NCBI GenBank assembly: GCA_951406725.2
Contig: OX597834.1
Span: forward strand, 11,284,001-11,348,000
DNA from: Octopus vulgaris
Lineage: Eukaryota
Direction of reading: 5' to 3'
DNA length: 64,000 bases
The notes below the pieces were generated by a model that saw nothing but the letters and a program-made list of their open reading frames with translations, ran no database searches and had not been told where the DNA came from. Below, piece by piece: positions 24,781-40,591 of this stretch. The position numbers were made by a program, and so were the translations under genes. Positions within the stretch are counted from its first letter, which is position 1. The number at the start of each line of letters is the position of its first letter.

Positions 24781-25537
24781 TATACTCTTTATACTCCTCT
24801 TCACCGCTGACTGTTCACCAATTCTTCAAGCTGTTCCTGAGAAAAGGAAACGAGGTATCCTCAAATTCAGCCCGAAAACCTCACTATTTCTTGTACATAT
24901 TTGTTGTGACATATTTGTGACTATTTCTTGTACGTATGTGTTGTGAAACGTAAATTTCCTAATATTTTGTGCATAAGCTCATTCCAGAAGTCTCCAGATT
25001 TTTGTGATTAACTTAATAAACACTGATCGGTCTCCAAAGTAGCCGCACTTACTAAACTCTTAGATGAGAGATGTTTGCAAATATCTCTAAATAAATGGCA
25101 TGTAGTTATGACGGAAAGTTTATTGTTATAAATTATATTTGAAATTATTTTCTTACCAAATGTAAAAGGAGAAAATTTTCTTAGTCTTTTTAATTTTTAG
25201 CCGTTAACAATTTTAGCAGTTTTATGATATTTTCCAAAACACTTAATTTATTGTTCATAATATGTGAATTTGGAAAATACTTTAAAATTAATTATGGCGT
25301 TAATGTATTGGTAACTACATAGCATTTTCAACAAATAAACCGCTTTCAATTGGTTGCTGTATTAGAGAATAATTTTAAACAGCTTCAAATAATGTGTTGT
25401 GAAAACAATGAAAACTTGAGATAAAGAAATTTTCATATTCAATATTTACGTTTTTACTAATATTGTAATTTGGTAAACCCAAACTGATACACTTGGTGGT
25501 AAAAGAGTAAATGTCACGTTGATCTGAATGTGACAGA

Positions 25538-26073
25538 AAGGCGGCGAACGAAATGCTTAGCGGTATTTTGCCTGACGCTACGGTCTGAGTTCAAATTCCG
25601 CCGAGGTCGACTTTGCCTTTCATCCTTTCGTGGTCGATTAAATAAGTAGCAGTTACGTACTGGGGTCGATATAATCAACTTAATCCGTTTGTCCTCTCTG
25701 TGTTTAGCCCCTTGTGGGTAGTAAAGAAATAGGTATTTCGTCTGCCGTTACGTTCCGAGTTCAAATTCCAACGAGGTCGACTTTGCCTTTCATCCTTTCG
25801 GGGTCGATTAAATAAGTACCAGTTACACACTGGGGTCGATATAATCGACTTAATCCGTTTGTCTGTTCTTGTTTGTCCTCTCTGTATTTAGCCCCTTGTG
25901 GGTAATAAAGAAATAGGTATATTCCCTGTCGCCTACGTTCTGAGTTCAAATTCCGCTGACGTCGATTTTCATCCTTTCGGGGTCTATAAATTAATTCCTG
26001 CTGAAACACTAGAGTCGATGTAATCGACTAGTTCCCTCCCCCAAAATTTCAGGCCTGTAGTAGAAAGAACATA
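25538..26073 (+). mobile_element. Trimeric SINE family 1 array (head-body-tailA, body-tailA, body-tailB)
   Basis: Three core domains in tandem. Outer TSD AATGTGA(C/T)AGA at 25527-25537 and 26074-26084. Confidence 0.88.
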
Positions 26074-27235
26074 AATGTGATAGATGTAATGGTGTCGTTT
26101 CCGGTATTGAAGTATTTTCACTTTCGGTGACATTACGGTAAATTGCTATTTTTGTCCTTCTGTGATGTTCGCAAGATCAAAGTGCTTAGCTAGAAATAGC
26201 ATGCACACTGCAAGAATATCTACCTATAATTATTGATAGTAAAAAACTTGGATGTCTCCTAGTTACGTGATTCCCAATGGCTTTTGTGCCATGTAGTTCT
26301 CGTACAGTTAACACCTCTTTTAAATAATTTGAATGTGCTTATAATTCAAGAAGAAAAATTATGTAATACTGAGCAAGGGGATACGTACTCTCTTTCGAAA
26401 CAAAACTACAGCGGTGGGGATGCAGTTGTAGAGATCAAACTCGGCTCATATCACTGCAAAATGAGAGACAAAAGATAACAATGGCAGCAGATAACTGGAG
26501 AACCTCTTCGTCTGTCGCTGTGATTTTTCCCTCACACTCAATCTACTTAATACAACATTTTATGTGAAAGCAGTCGTCATGCCGAAAGATATACAAATGG
26601 AACATACTGGTATGAATTGCAATTTATCTATCAAACTGAAAATGTCACCAGAATAGATAACTCTGCAAGAGGTTTACAAAAATTATCTTCTTGAACTGCC
26701 TGGTTGACATGCAAAAACAAAGCTGACATCCATATTCGGCAGCACTTATTACATGCGCTAATGTATATGTGCTGCTGTATATTACATCGTTCATAAGATT
26801 TCATACACTAAAAGCCTTATAAAAAAAAAAACAGAATAAACGATGGCCATTTGCAAAGTGTTGTGCTCTTGTCTTCATCCACCCTATTACATATATTGAA
26901 AAATATATATATATATATCGTCTATCAGATTATATACTTATTCTTGTATCCGTTCTTACGTAAATCTCAATAGGACATTCAAATTGCCCATAGCTCTATG
27001 TGTTTCATTATTATCTAACTCTGTCAGTTACAGAATCCCATATAATTCTTCGAAGAATGGCTATCATTTCAAGTATGACATACCAACATAATACAATACT
27101 GCTGAGTGGCGTTTAAATGACATATTGAGTTTACCTGATCAAATATTATTATTTATCAAGTACTCTTTATTAAATCAAAAATATCGATTATGCATTGACA
27201 TATTCAGATTAATATCATGGTCGTCTTTATTATCT

Positions 27236-27480
27236 TTTATCTTTATTTATTTTACCTGTTTCACTCATTAGAATGTGGCAATGCTGCAGCACCACCTTGT
27301 CGAATTTTAGTCGAACTAATCGAGACCAGAACTTATTTCCTTTTTTACGCCTGGTACTTATTCTATCGGTTTCTTTGTTCCGAACCGCTATGTTACGAGG
27401 ACGTATACACATCAACATCGTTTATCGGTTAGCGGTGGTGGGACGGAAATACAGATAAAACACACATACACACATGAGCA
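27236..27480 (-). mobile_element. SINE family 2, older variant, 3' half
   Basis: Diverged reverse-complement match to the tail. Confidence 0.75.
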
Positions 27481-27527
27481 CACACAAACGCACCCACATA
27501 CACGCAAACATATATATACACACACAC

Positions 27528-27583
<56 letters not shown>

Positions 27584-27732
27584 TAATATATAAATATATG
27601 CCTATATACATATATGTACATACCTACATATATATGTATATTTACATGCATATATGGGTACAGGACATCAAAAATACGTTGACACAATGAGAAACGAAAA
27701 GATAAAAACAAATACATAGAAAACGGACAATT

Positions 27733-28080
27733 TTTACCATTAAGACTATTCTGCAGAGACCTGAATAAGTGGAAATCTGAAAGAGCAATATCTGGTGAAT
27801 ATGGAGGGTGGGGTAGCACATCCCAGCCGAGCCGCAGCAATTTTTGTCTGGTTCCCAAAGCATCAATTACTGAAAATGAACTTTCTTATCTTCCATTTTA
27901 AAGAGTTATAGAATTAAGGCAGTTTATAGGAACATAAATTTTCTTCCACGAAAGGCTAGCTTAAACTGTGCTCTAAATGAAGATGTAGTCAAATCCTATT
28001 CTATGTACTCAACCATGTTGTAACATAAGTCGAAATGTAAGCTGCTATAAATCGGCACGAACTTTTCGGACAACCTAATA
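27733..28080 (-). pseudogene. Internally deleted mariner (5' TIR plus catalytic fragment)
   Basis: LGWDVLPHPPYSPDIALSDFHLFRSLQNSL (YSPDLAP motif). Minus strand begins TATTAGGTTGTCCGAAAAGTTCG, a mariner-type TIR. Confidence 0.88.
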
Positions 28081-28126
28081 GTTATGGTCTTCTGTTTAGG
28101 ATGTTGAGTTACTGACGCAACCTACG

Positions 28127-28436
28127 TTACGACGACGAGGGTTCCAGTTGATTCCATCAATGGAACGGCCTGTTCGTGAAATTAACGTGCAAGTGGTTGA
28201 GTACATCACAGACACGCATACGCTTAACGTAGTTCTCAGAGAAATTCAGCGTCACACAGAATGTAACAAGGCTGGTACTTTGAACTATATGTACAACTCA
28301 TTCTTGCCAGCAGAGTGAACAGGAGCAACGTGAAATAAATTGTCTTGCTCAAGGTCATAATGCTTTGCCGGGAATCGAATGCACGACCTTATGATCGGGA
28401 GCCGGATAACTTAACCATTGAGGCATACGCCTTCAC
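28127..28436 (-). mobile_element. tRNA-SINE sharing the family 3 3' domain
   Basis: Minus-strand head ATGGTTAAG..TTCGATTCCCGG. 3' domain homologous to 5700-5850. Confidence 0.75.
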
Positions 28437-28619
28437 ATCCCGAGTATATATTGAGTAGCGAATGCAATGAATTCATCCTTACCAGTTAAACTTGTAAACT
28501 TATCACCTACTTAAAGCTTATATTCACACACTTCTATTGCCCTGCTGATTAAGTGGTGAGATTAAACATTTAGCTAGTGAACATGACTTGAATGTCAGTT
28601 TTATCCAAATATATATTCT

Positions 28620-29100
28620 CTGGTTGCAGTGATGACACCCATAAAATCAAGAGAAGACTCGGTATAGTCAAGAATGCAATGATATCACTGAACAGTATAT
28701 GGAAGAATAAAGCTTTCGCTTTGCAAACACGAATACAGCGTCTCAATTCAATATTTTGTCATAGACACATATGGAGTTAAATGCTGGGTGATAAAGAAAA
28801 TTGTTAAAAAGAAAATTGACGCCTATGAAAACCGGTGATTTACGCACATTCTCTGAATAAGTTGGGTGGATAAAGGTGCTAATGTATGGATCTTTCACGA
28901 GATAAGCTTTCAGGAAAGTTTTTTGAATGTTCTCATGAAAAAAAATGCGGACCTTCACTGGTTGTATACTAAGCAGACAAGACCTTGAAAAGTTCTTGTT
29001 AACAGGTGTTATATATGGCAAAATAATAAGAGGAAGACCGTAAGCAATATTTGAAGCTAATGGTGGAGAATTTACAGAACTAAGCAGAATGGTACAGGCC
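28620..29100 (+). pseudogene. Decayed RTE-clade LINE ORF 3' part
   Basis: IKRRLGIVKNAMISLNSIWKNK, and downstream GKIIRGRP. Confidence 0.7.
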
Positions 29101-29200
29101 ATATACAAGCGAGGGGCAGCGGCAGATCAACTAAAGGAGCTTTTCATCTAAAGAAGCGTGGCTAAAGCGATATCGGAAAGAGAATACTTAATTAGATACC

Positions 29201-29430
29201 TATTTCTTTACTACCCACAAGGGGCTAAACACAGAGAGGACAAACAAGGACAGACAAACGGATTAAGTCGATTATATCGATCCCAGTGCGCAACTGGTAC
29301 TTATTTAATCGACCCCGAAAGGATGAAGGACAAAGTCGACTCGGCGGAATTTGAACTCAGAACTTAATGGTAGACGAAATACGGCTACGCATTTCGCCCG
29401 GCGTGCTAACGTTTCTGTCAGCTCGCCGCC
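29201..29430 (-). mobile_element. SINE family 1
   Basis: TSD TTAA(T)TAGATACC at 29188-29200 and 29431-29442. Confidence 0.93.
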
Positions 29431-31177
29431 TTAATAGATACCATCTCCCGTTAGGGCAGTCGGCTGAGAAAAATTTTTAGATTTAACACAGGGTTACGTT
29501 TGAAATTCCGAATATTAGTGAATCTGAAGGCTGGGAGGATGTGATAGACAAATATTTGTGAGTATAACAACTAATATTAAGACACTCAAACGAGCTCTAT
29601 TGATTGACTAAACTAAATCTAGCCGAATGTTATGGTGTGAGGTAGGGGTGTGGCTTAGGTGTTGCAGTCATGATCCTAAGATTGTGAGTTCGATTCCTGA
29701 ACCGGGCGAATCATAAATTTCTTGGGAAAAATACTTCATTACAAATTACTTCAGTTTACTCAATTGATAAAAATGAGTATTTTTCCGATCGACACGCGTC
29801 ACATCCAGGACGGAGTGTATAGACCAGAAATCCAAGAAACCGGCCTTGTGAGTCTATAGCACTTGGGAAGGCGCTTTATCCTTCTAATGTTAATCCATAT
29901 ACATATTTGTACAGTTCCTTCGGTAGCTTACCTTGACTCACCTATATTTTCAAACGATTATGATTGCTCTCATGTAAAGCCAAAAATATTTCTCTGGTTA
30001 ATTTAACGTAGCATTTTACCGTCTAAATTTTATGAGACACTATATTAAATTTGTAATTATGTGTATGTCTTCGGTGTAAACATCATTTGCTGTGCAAAAA
30101 AAATCGTTGGTATATATATATGATATTTGAAAATGATTGATAGCAGCTATTGAAAACTGTATTATAAATGATAACATCACGAACTTCTTTCAATATTTAC
30201 CTTATATGTATGTATTTATGAATGGAAGACTATATTATGTATGCATGCAGGAATTCTAAATTCAATTTAAAATTCGTGTAGAACTTTGCATGCAAAGGCT
30301 AAGTTTCATTTTCTTTATTTTTTTTTCTTGTAATATATTAATAATTTTTTCATCTTTGACATAAGTCGCTATAATGATAAAAGAAAAATTACGTGGAACT
30401 CTTATGACGAAATGCATAGTTTTATTATTATTATTATTATACCATGCAGAGTGACTTCCCTTGCGTAAGCCCGACGAACGTTTCATTGCTATGACAACAT
30501 ATTGTTTCCTCATTCACTGTTATTCAGCACAAATAATAAATAGTTTGAGTATTTACTGTCAACTGAACATCAATTTCAACATAACATGGATTTTGCAGGA
30601 AAGATATATTGAAAAAAATATTCTATTGTATTTATGCAATAAAATTAAAATACCATATTGTAATTATATAAGCCGTCACGTAGTGTTTAAAGAAGGTTTC
30701 GCGTACGAACGATGCTTGACTTAAAATTAATGGGCGCATCATATAAAATTTTCTTCTATGTCGTTTCATCTCACTACTAAATAAATATATAACGACATAA
30801 GGTAGTCGTGACTCACAGTTCAGTAAGTATACCATTTTCACTTTCGTTTCATAACGATTTCATGCTAAGTATCAAATAATTTAACTGTCAATTTACATAC
30901 TTAGTTATTTATTTCTATTCGTTCATACATTCATTTCAAAAGTTACTTTTGATTATATCTTTTTCCTAAATATATATATTATTTAATTTTAGTTATATAT
31001 TCAATTTTCTTCATCATTCGTTGACAACACTGTAATATTGTATTCTTGCCTTCGGATATTGTATATAAGTAAAGTTCTATGAAATGAAAATTTTGAGTAA
31101 AGTATTGAGTTAACTACTGATTACTTTGTTGCCTACAACTTATATGTAAATGTATATCATAAATAATATATAATATA

Positions 31178-31223
<46 letters not shown>

Positions 31224-31289
31224 TCGTAAGTTAAGCAACAGTAAGAGTGATAATTTTGTGAATACAATTATAAGTTTTCACCGTATGTT

Positions 31290-31987
31290 GACAACCAAAA
31301 ATTGTCTAATATTAGGGGATATAACCGCCACTTATCCCGACAGAAAAATATAGGTATTAGAACGCGGGTTTAAAGAACACATATCCCCCAATTTCAAGGC
31401 AAGTCTGCAGACTCATTATATCAACATGCCCAGCTACTTTTTCTGTTAAGTAAATCTTTGAGAAAAACCAAATCAAATCTTCTTCTGAATTTTTCATTTT
31501 GTTTAAGAGCCTTTCAGATCTGATGTGATTTTCTTTTGCATTTTCTGATTAATTGACCTTTTCTTGTCATATAAGACTTATATCTGATGTCTTCTTGGAC
31601 AACATTTCTGATTGTTCCTTCTGATACACGGAGATCTTTTGCAATTGACCTCATGGACTTCTAGGATTATAATCAATTGTCTGTTGAACTTGCCGGATAA
31701 ATTCAGGTGTTCTGATGATTTCAGAGCATTTAAAATGCTTGTTATGCTTTGATACATTTCCATCTTCATTCTTAGCTACTTGCAAATATTACAGACGAAA
31801 GATCTGGCAACATTTAAAAATCGAGATATATCTAAATCTCTATGCTCAGCCTTTATAATCACAATAACAGCATGCCTCCTCATTTCTTGAGTAATCTGAA
31901 AGTCTGCCATTATTATTTTCTGAAACAAAGATTATACAGAGTTAGCAACAAATGCAGTTATGGACAAAAAAGGGTATGTCCCCATAT
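31290..31987 (-). pseudogene. Decayed Tc1/mariner-superfamily transposase (maT/DD37D-like N-terminal half)
   Basis: Minus-strand frames give MRRHAVIV..RFLNVARSFVCNI, IRTPEFIRQVQQTIDYNP and SIAKDLRVSEGTIRNVVQEDIRYKSY. Confidence 0.7.
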
Positions 31988-32076
31988 AACTTACGCAACC
32001 TGTAAATACACACACACACACACAAACATATATCTATATATAGCTATACATACTTACATACATAGATACACACATA

Positions 32077-32114
<38 letters not shown>

Positions 32115-32116
<2 letters not shown>

Positions 32117-32488
32117 CAGTTCTATATTGAAGTGATGAGGAATTATCTACATTATTTACATTATTTACATTTGACGGATATTTGTCTTCATCTTGTTTGT
32201 TGTTAACACAACGTTTCAGCTGATATGTCCTCCAGCTTTCATCAGGTGTCCTGAGGAAATTTCGAACCTGGGTTCTCATTCTTAAGGTATTTTTCAATGT
32301 TATCATCATCATCATCATTATTATTATCATTATTATTATTATTATTATTATCATTATTATTATTATTATTCAGGTCACTGCCTGGAATCGAACACGGAAT
32401 CTTGGGGTTAAGAGCGAGGGCTACTAACCCCAAAATTCCGAGTTCGATTCCAGGCAGTGACCTGAATAACAACAGCAACAACAACAAC

Positions 32489-32523
<35 letters not shown>

Positions 32524-32680
32524 CAACAACATCGAAAAATACTTTCGGAATGAGAACGCAGGTTCGAAATTTCCCGAAGACACCTAATGAAGGCGAGAGG
32601 CTATATCAGTCGAACCGTTGTGTTAACAACAATCAAGATGAGGACAAATATCCGTCAATTGTAAATAATGTAAATTATGT
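32115..32680. mobile_element. Family B inverted dimer: tRNA-like head, (AAT)n, hammerhead tail
   Basis: ~260-bp arms around a 14-nt spacer (32411-32424). B box GAGTTCGATTCC. HHRs at 32205-32250(-) and 32579-32624(+, decayed). Confidence 0.88.
32205..32250 (-). ncRNA. Minimal type I hammerhead ribozyme
   Basis: GACAC CTGATGA A AGCTG-loop-CAGCT GAAA CG TT GTGTT: stem I GACAC/GTGTT, 5-bp stem II, loopless palindromic stem III AACGTT. Confidence 0.82.
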
Positions 32681-32735
<55 letters not shown>

Positions 32736-32833
32736 TGTATACATAATATGGACGTACTTATGTGTGTGTGTGTATGTGAAGCTGTGTGCGCGCGTACAAA
32801 ATATGAGTCGTAGGAAATTCAAAACAAAATACC

Positions 32834-33069
32834 TATTTCTTTACTACCCACAAGGGGCTAAACATACAGGGGACAAACAAGGACAGACAAACGGATTAAG
32901 TCGATTATATCGACCCCAGTGCGTAACTGGTACTTATTTAATCGACCCCGAAAGGATAAAAGGCAAAGTCGACCTCGGCGGAATTTGAACTCAGAACGTA
33001 GCGGCAGACGAAATACCGCTAAGCAGTTCGCCCAGCATGCTAACGTTTCTGCCAGCTCGCCGCCGCCTT
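32834..33069 (-). mobile_element. SINE family 1
   Basis: Perfect 13-bp TSD AAAACAAAATACC at 32821-32833 and 33070-33082. Confidence 0.95.
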
Positions 33070-33765
33070 AAAACAAAATACCGTTGCTCTAGTTTCAACC
33101 TAGTGTCCACAAGCATAAAAAAAAGTGTCATATAAAATTTCCTGTACGTAACCAAATGAGATTCAAATGGGAAAAACGCAACTTGCACATTTATAAATGT
33201 TAGTGCAGAAGCAAGTGATAAGTGCACATTAGGGAAGAAGAACATGGTAAATATGCATCTATAGTTATGACATCAGCAAAATTTATAACCAGATTCAATA
33301 TCTAAATACGTATTTATTATATTCGTTGTTCACTGTTTCAGTTGTGAAAATTTTTGTCTACAAACTGTCATTACACAAGCATTGAGAATACAGTCGTAAG
33401 AAGAGATTCGTAAATGCTGTACGTAGGACAACTAAAACTCATTAACAATGTCTCATGGCAAATATCCATGAAGAAAATTCTTTACAATATTTACAGATAA
33501 TTGTCATCGAATACGAATTGATAGCAGAAAAGAAAGCGATTATAGACGTTATGTAAGAGTAATTAAGATGTGTCCAGACACAAAGCAACATATTTCATAC
33601 TTAATGTCGAAATATATTTCCGTGTAGTACGTATAGGTAAATGCACTCAAGAACACACATACACACACACGCGCGCACACATATTCACACACGCACATAC
33701 AAAAACGCTCACACGCACAAAGGCAAACACACACACGTACACATATATGTACGTCCATATTATAT

Positions 33766-33852
33766 ATAATAATAATAACAATAATAATAATGATAATAAT
33801 AATAATGACAAAAACAACAATATCGAAAAACACCTAAGGAATGAGAACCCAG
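33766..33852 (+). mobile_element. Family B fragment ((AAT)n plus start of tail, truncated before the HHR)
   Basis: ATCGAAAAACACCTAAGGAATGAGAACCCAG matches ~54462-54492. Confidence 0.7.
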
Positions 33853-33947
33853 CGAGAGAGAGAGAGCGAGAGAGAAAAGCGATGTTAAAGAAATAGATCG
33901 ATAGGCATATTTACGCATATATATATGTGTGTGTGTGTGTGTGTATA

Positions 33948-33988
<41 letters not shown>

Positions 33989-33991
<3 letters not shown>

Positions 33992-34160
33992 CGCAGGAGT
34001 GGCTGTGTGGTAAGTAGCTTGCTAACCAACCACATGGTTCTGGGTTCAGTCCACTGCGTGGCATCTTGGGCAAGTGTCTTCTGCTATAGCCCCGGGCCGA
34101 CCAATGTCTTGTGAGTGGATTTAGTAGACGGAAAACTGAAAGAAGCCTGTCGTATATATG

Positions 34161-34195
<35 letters not shown>

Positions 34196-34389
34196 TTGTT
34201 TGTGTGTCTGTGTTTGTCCCCCTAGCATTGCTTGACAACCGATGCTGGTGTGTTTATGTCCCCGTTACTTAGCGGTTCGGTAAAAGAGACCGATAGAATA
34301 AGTACTGGGCTTACAAAAAGAATAAGTCCTGGGGTCGAGTTGCTCGATTAAAGGCAAATGACTGAAACAAGTAAAAGAGTAAAAAGAGA
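33989..34389 (+). mobile_element. SINE family 2, near full length
   Basis: Head AGGCGCAGGAGTGGCTGTGTGGTAAG through tail AAGTAAAAGAGTAAAA. Confidence 0.93.
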
Positions 34390-34404
34390 ATATATATATA
34401 TATG

Positions 34405-34454
<50 letters not shown>

Positions 34455-34720
34455 CAAAATAAGCAACAAGAATAACTTTGGTAGTTTGACACGATCGTTT
34501 CACGCTACCAAACAACCGAAGTTATTCTTGTTGCTTATTTTGATTATAATCACCCCATGGATTTATATGGATAAAACTATATAAAATTCTGGTGCATCTA
34601 ACTTAAGTACCATATTCATTTGAATCTAAATTTTGCTAAACTTATATATATATATATATATATATATATGAATAAATGAAAGAATGGAGTCGAACGAAGA
34701 TTTTAACAAAATTCCTTTAT

Positions 34721-34801
34721 TCTCAACACATGTTTCGAAGACTGCATACTCTTAATTCCGAAGGAATAAAGGGTGCATTATGCCGTCTTCTCATCAGGAA
34801 A
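34721..34801 (-). ncRNA. Type I hammerhead ribozyme in a ~190-bp TA-embedded element (family D, ~34670-34858)
   Basis: TTTC CTGATGA GAAGAC..(GCATA/TATGC extension)..GTCTTC GAAA C ATGT GTT GAGA. (TA)n on both sides. Confidence 0.78.
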
Positions 34802-34854
34802 GACAAGAAACATCTATCATCCTCAAGACGAACAAAAACTTCTTGATGACTGCC

Positions 34855-34906
<52 letters not shown>

Positions 34907-35074
34907 TATATGTATATACAAAGCGACAGACAACCTCTAAGGAATGCCTTAAAAATTATAAATTGCAGAAATTAATGCAGTCTACAATGGAAAGGAAATG
35001 CTCAGAGAGATTTTCAGGGGTCTGAAACTATAAGATGAGAGTTTACGACGCTTAAGAACAAGTGTGAGCACACG

Positions 35075-35313
35075 GTGTGTGTGTGTGTGTGTTTGTGTGT
35101 CTGTGTTTGTCTGTGCCTGTCCCCCCAACATCGCTTTACAACTGATGGTGACGTGTTTACTTCCCTGTAACTTAGCGGTTCGAAAAAAGATACGTATAGA
35201 ATAAGTACTACGCTTACAAAGAATAAGTCCTGAGGTCGATTTGCTCGACTAAAGGCGGTACTCCAGCATGGCCACAGTCAAATGACTGAAGCAAGTAAGA
35301 GAGTAAAAGAGTA
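35075..35313 (+). mobile_element. SINE family 2, 3' half
   Basis: Tail match. Confidence 0.88.
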
Positions 35314-35569
35314 TATGATTTACTGGATGACCTGCTGTGCCGAAATGAATGACATATTGGAATTAAATGAATTCTTATGTCAATATATTTTACGTATCAG
35401 ATTGCAGCTAAGATTTCTATAATAAGTGTTCGAGGAGATTTGGATGCGAGAGAAATTTAATACATGAGACAGAAGACGGCGAACGAGAAAAAGAAGACTA
35501 GAAGGAGGAGGAGGAGGAGGTGAAGGGGTGATGATGATTAACGTGATGGTGGTGATAGTGATGCTGATG

Positions 35570-38360
<2,791 letters not shown>

Positions 38361-39334
38361 ATAAATGCGAAAGCGAATGACAGTGTGTCACTAAGTCACT
38401 TTTTCAACTTCACTCCTCCGACTCCCTCTCTCACTATTCAAGGACACTTCTACTGTTCCTCATGCATTACCCGTCTCTTACTATTCAGTGACACTTCTAA
38501 TTGTATCAAATAATTTTACCATAAAAGTGCTTCGTAACGTTCGGAACTGAAATACGTTTTGAACTCAGTCTCTCATACAGTATTACCTCTCATTATTCTC
38601 TATCATAAAAATGTTGGAAACGTAGTATCTTTTCAGATATTAATAAAATTTGTCAGATCTATTTTCATGCTGTCGGCTGTCGGAGCTAGTTTTATTATTA
38701 CCTTTAAAAATAATAAAAAATATTAAATTTCAAACATCGTTATGGCCAAATACGTTTTGAGCAATTCGAAACCATAAAAGTTACCCTTTAAAATAGTGTT
38801 TAGCGACAGTGGTGTAATTTTCTTTCAAACTACGCACAGGAATTTAGATTCGTACCAGCTACTGCAAATAATTCATTGTACGAAAAGTAAGGCCCTACTT
38901 ACATCAAACTGGCTTAAATTAAGTGATGACAGAAAAATTATCGTTGGACCTTTATAAGGTAAGTTCATTGTTGCCTATAGCAGCTGTATGTTGGTTGTTC
39001 AAGGGTTGGAAATGGAAACAAGCTATTTGTACTGACCCCAAATGAAAAGGCAGAAAATGATGTTTATCATGTAACTTTGCAATAAGTTCAAAGTCGACAA
39101 TTTATATCAATTTGTTGACAAATTATATCATTTTGTTGGAGTTTAATAGAATTTAGTATGTATTCGATGCATGAAATATCATTGCTTGGCCCAAGGCACA
39201 ATGAAGAGCTCACTATAGGAGCTAGTATAAGCATGTACGTATACACACATATCCGATTTCTCTGAAAAGGGGTGTACTTTGCTTGACCAACAGTACTTTG
39301 CTTGACCAACAAACTGAAATCAACAATTCGCACC

Positions 39335-39745
39335 AAACATTGAAGCCTATTGGGAAAAAAAGTTTTGATCCTGCATGACAATGCCTGCCCACATACGGCC
39401 GCCCATACCGTTGAAACCATTAACAAATTGGATTTTGCGGTGTTAGAACACCATGCCTACAGCCCAGATCTCGCCCTTCCATCTATCATATCTTTGGACG
39501 TCCTAAAGATGGTTTACGAGATCGTCGATTACCCACGGCTGAAGATGTGAAAGAAACAGTGCATGAATGGTTGCACGACCAACCAAAAACCTTATCTTGA
39601 AGGAAATACGGAAGCTTGTGGCCCTCTGGGCCAAGCGCATCGAAAAGGAGGGAGACTATATAGAAAATTAACGTACTTGTTTAACCCCTTATTTTGTGTA
39701 AATACATTGAAAAAACAAAAAACAGGAGTACATATAATTTTGACT
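39335..39745 (+). pseudogene. Mariner transposase 3' fragment
   Basis: ILHDNACPHTA..LEHHAYSPDLA, with C-terminal GDYIEN in another frame. Confidence 0.88.
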
Positions 39746-39824
39746 CTGGCTAAAAACTTTATATATATATACATATATATATACATATATATTTTATGTG
39801 CGTATGTCTTTACGTATATATATA

Positions 39825-39998
39825 GTCGCCATGATAGATCGTTAGCCACTACACACATTTTTAATTCTCTCCTTGTTTCTCTCCTTGTTTTTTCTGTGTC
39901 CTTTTCTGTAGAAGACCGTATGCTCGAAACGTAAAACACTTTTTCTATTACTTGTACACCACCTGTCTTCGTCTTTTGTTTATTTTCGTAAACTTTCC

Positions 39999-40001
<3 letters not shown>
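39825..40001 (+). mobile_element. Family A copy 2
   Basis: Core CTGTAGA at 39906-39912, GAAA at 39926-39929. TA flanks. Confidence 0.82.
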
Positions 40002-40035
<34 letters not shown>

Positions 40036-40042
40036 TTAACCA

Positions 40043-40192
40043 AGGCGTAGGTTTGACTGTGTGATAAGAAGCTTGCTTCCCAACCACATGGATCCAGGTT
40101 CATTCTCACTATGTGGCTTCTTGGGCCAGTCTCTTCTATTATAGCCTTGAGCCGTCCAAGGCTTTGAGAGTGGAAATTAAAAGAAGTCCGTC

Positions 40193-40244
<52 letters not shown>

Positions 40245-40468
40245 ATGTGTGTCTTTGTGTGAGTGTTTCTTTTGTCACAGTCACCGTTTGATAACCGGTG
40301 TTAGTATGTTTACTTCCCCGAAACTTAACAGTTCGGCAAAAGAAATTGAAAAGAATGTGCACTCGGCTTTAAAAAATAAGTCCTGGCGTTGATTTGTACG
40401 ACTAAAATCCCTTCATGGCGGTGTTCTAGCATGACCGCAGTCACATGGCTGAAACAAGTAAAGAAAAT
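40043..40468 (+). mobile_element. SINE family 2, older variant
   Basis: Diverged head, internal microsatellite and tail. Confidence 0.8.
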
Positions 40469-40591
40469 AATAGAACAATTGAATATATTGGCGTATTTCT
40501 TTCGTGTATACATCTATGTATTTTTATACACTGCAATTTCATATATACATATGTGTATACATGTGCTTATATTTGTGTACATTAGTGTATA

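Noticed and set aside
30262-30513. Possible host exon in unique sequence
   Set aside because: Short, no recognisable domain or convincing splice sites. Small exons cannot be excluded without RNA-seq.
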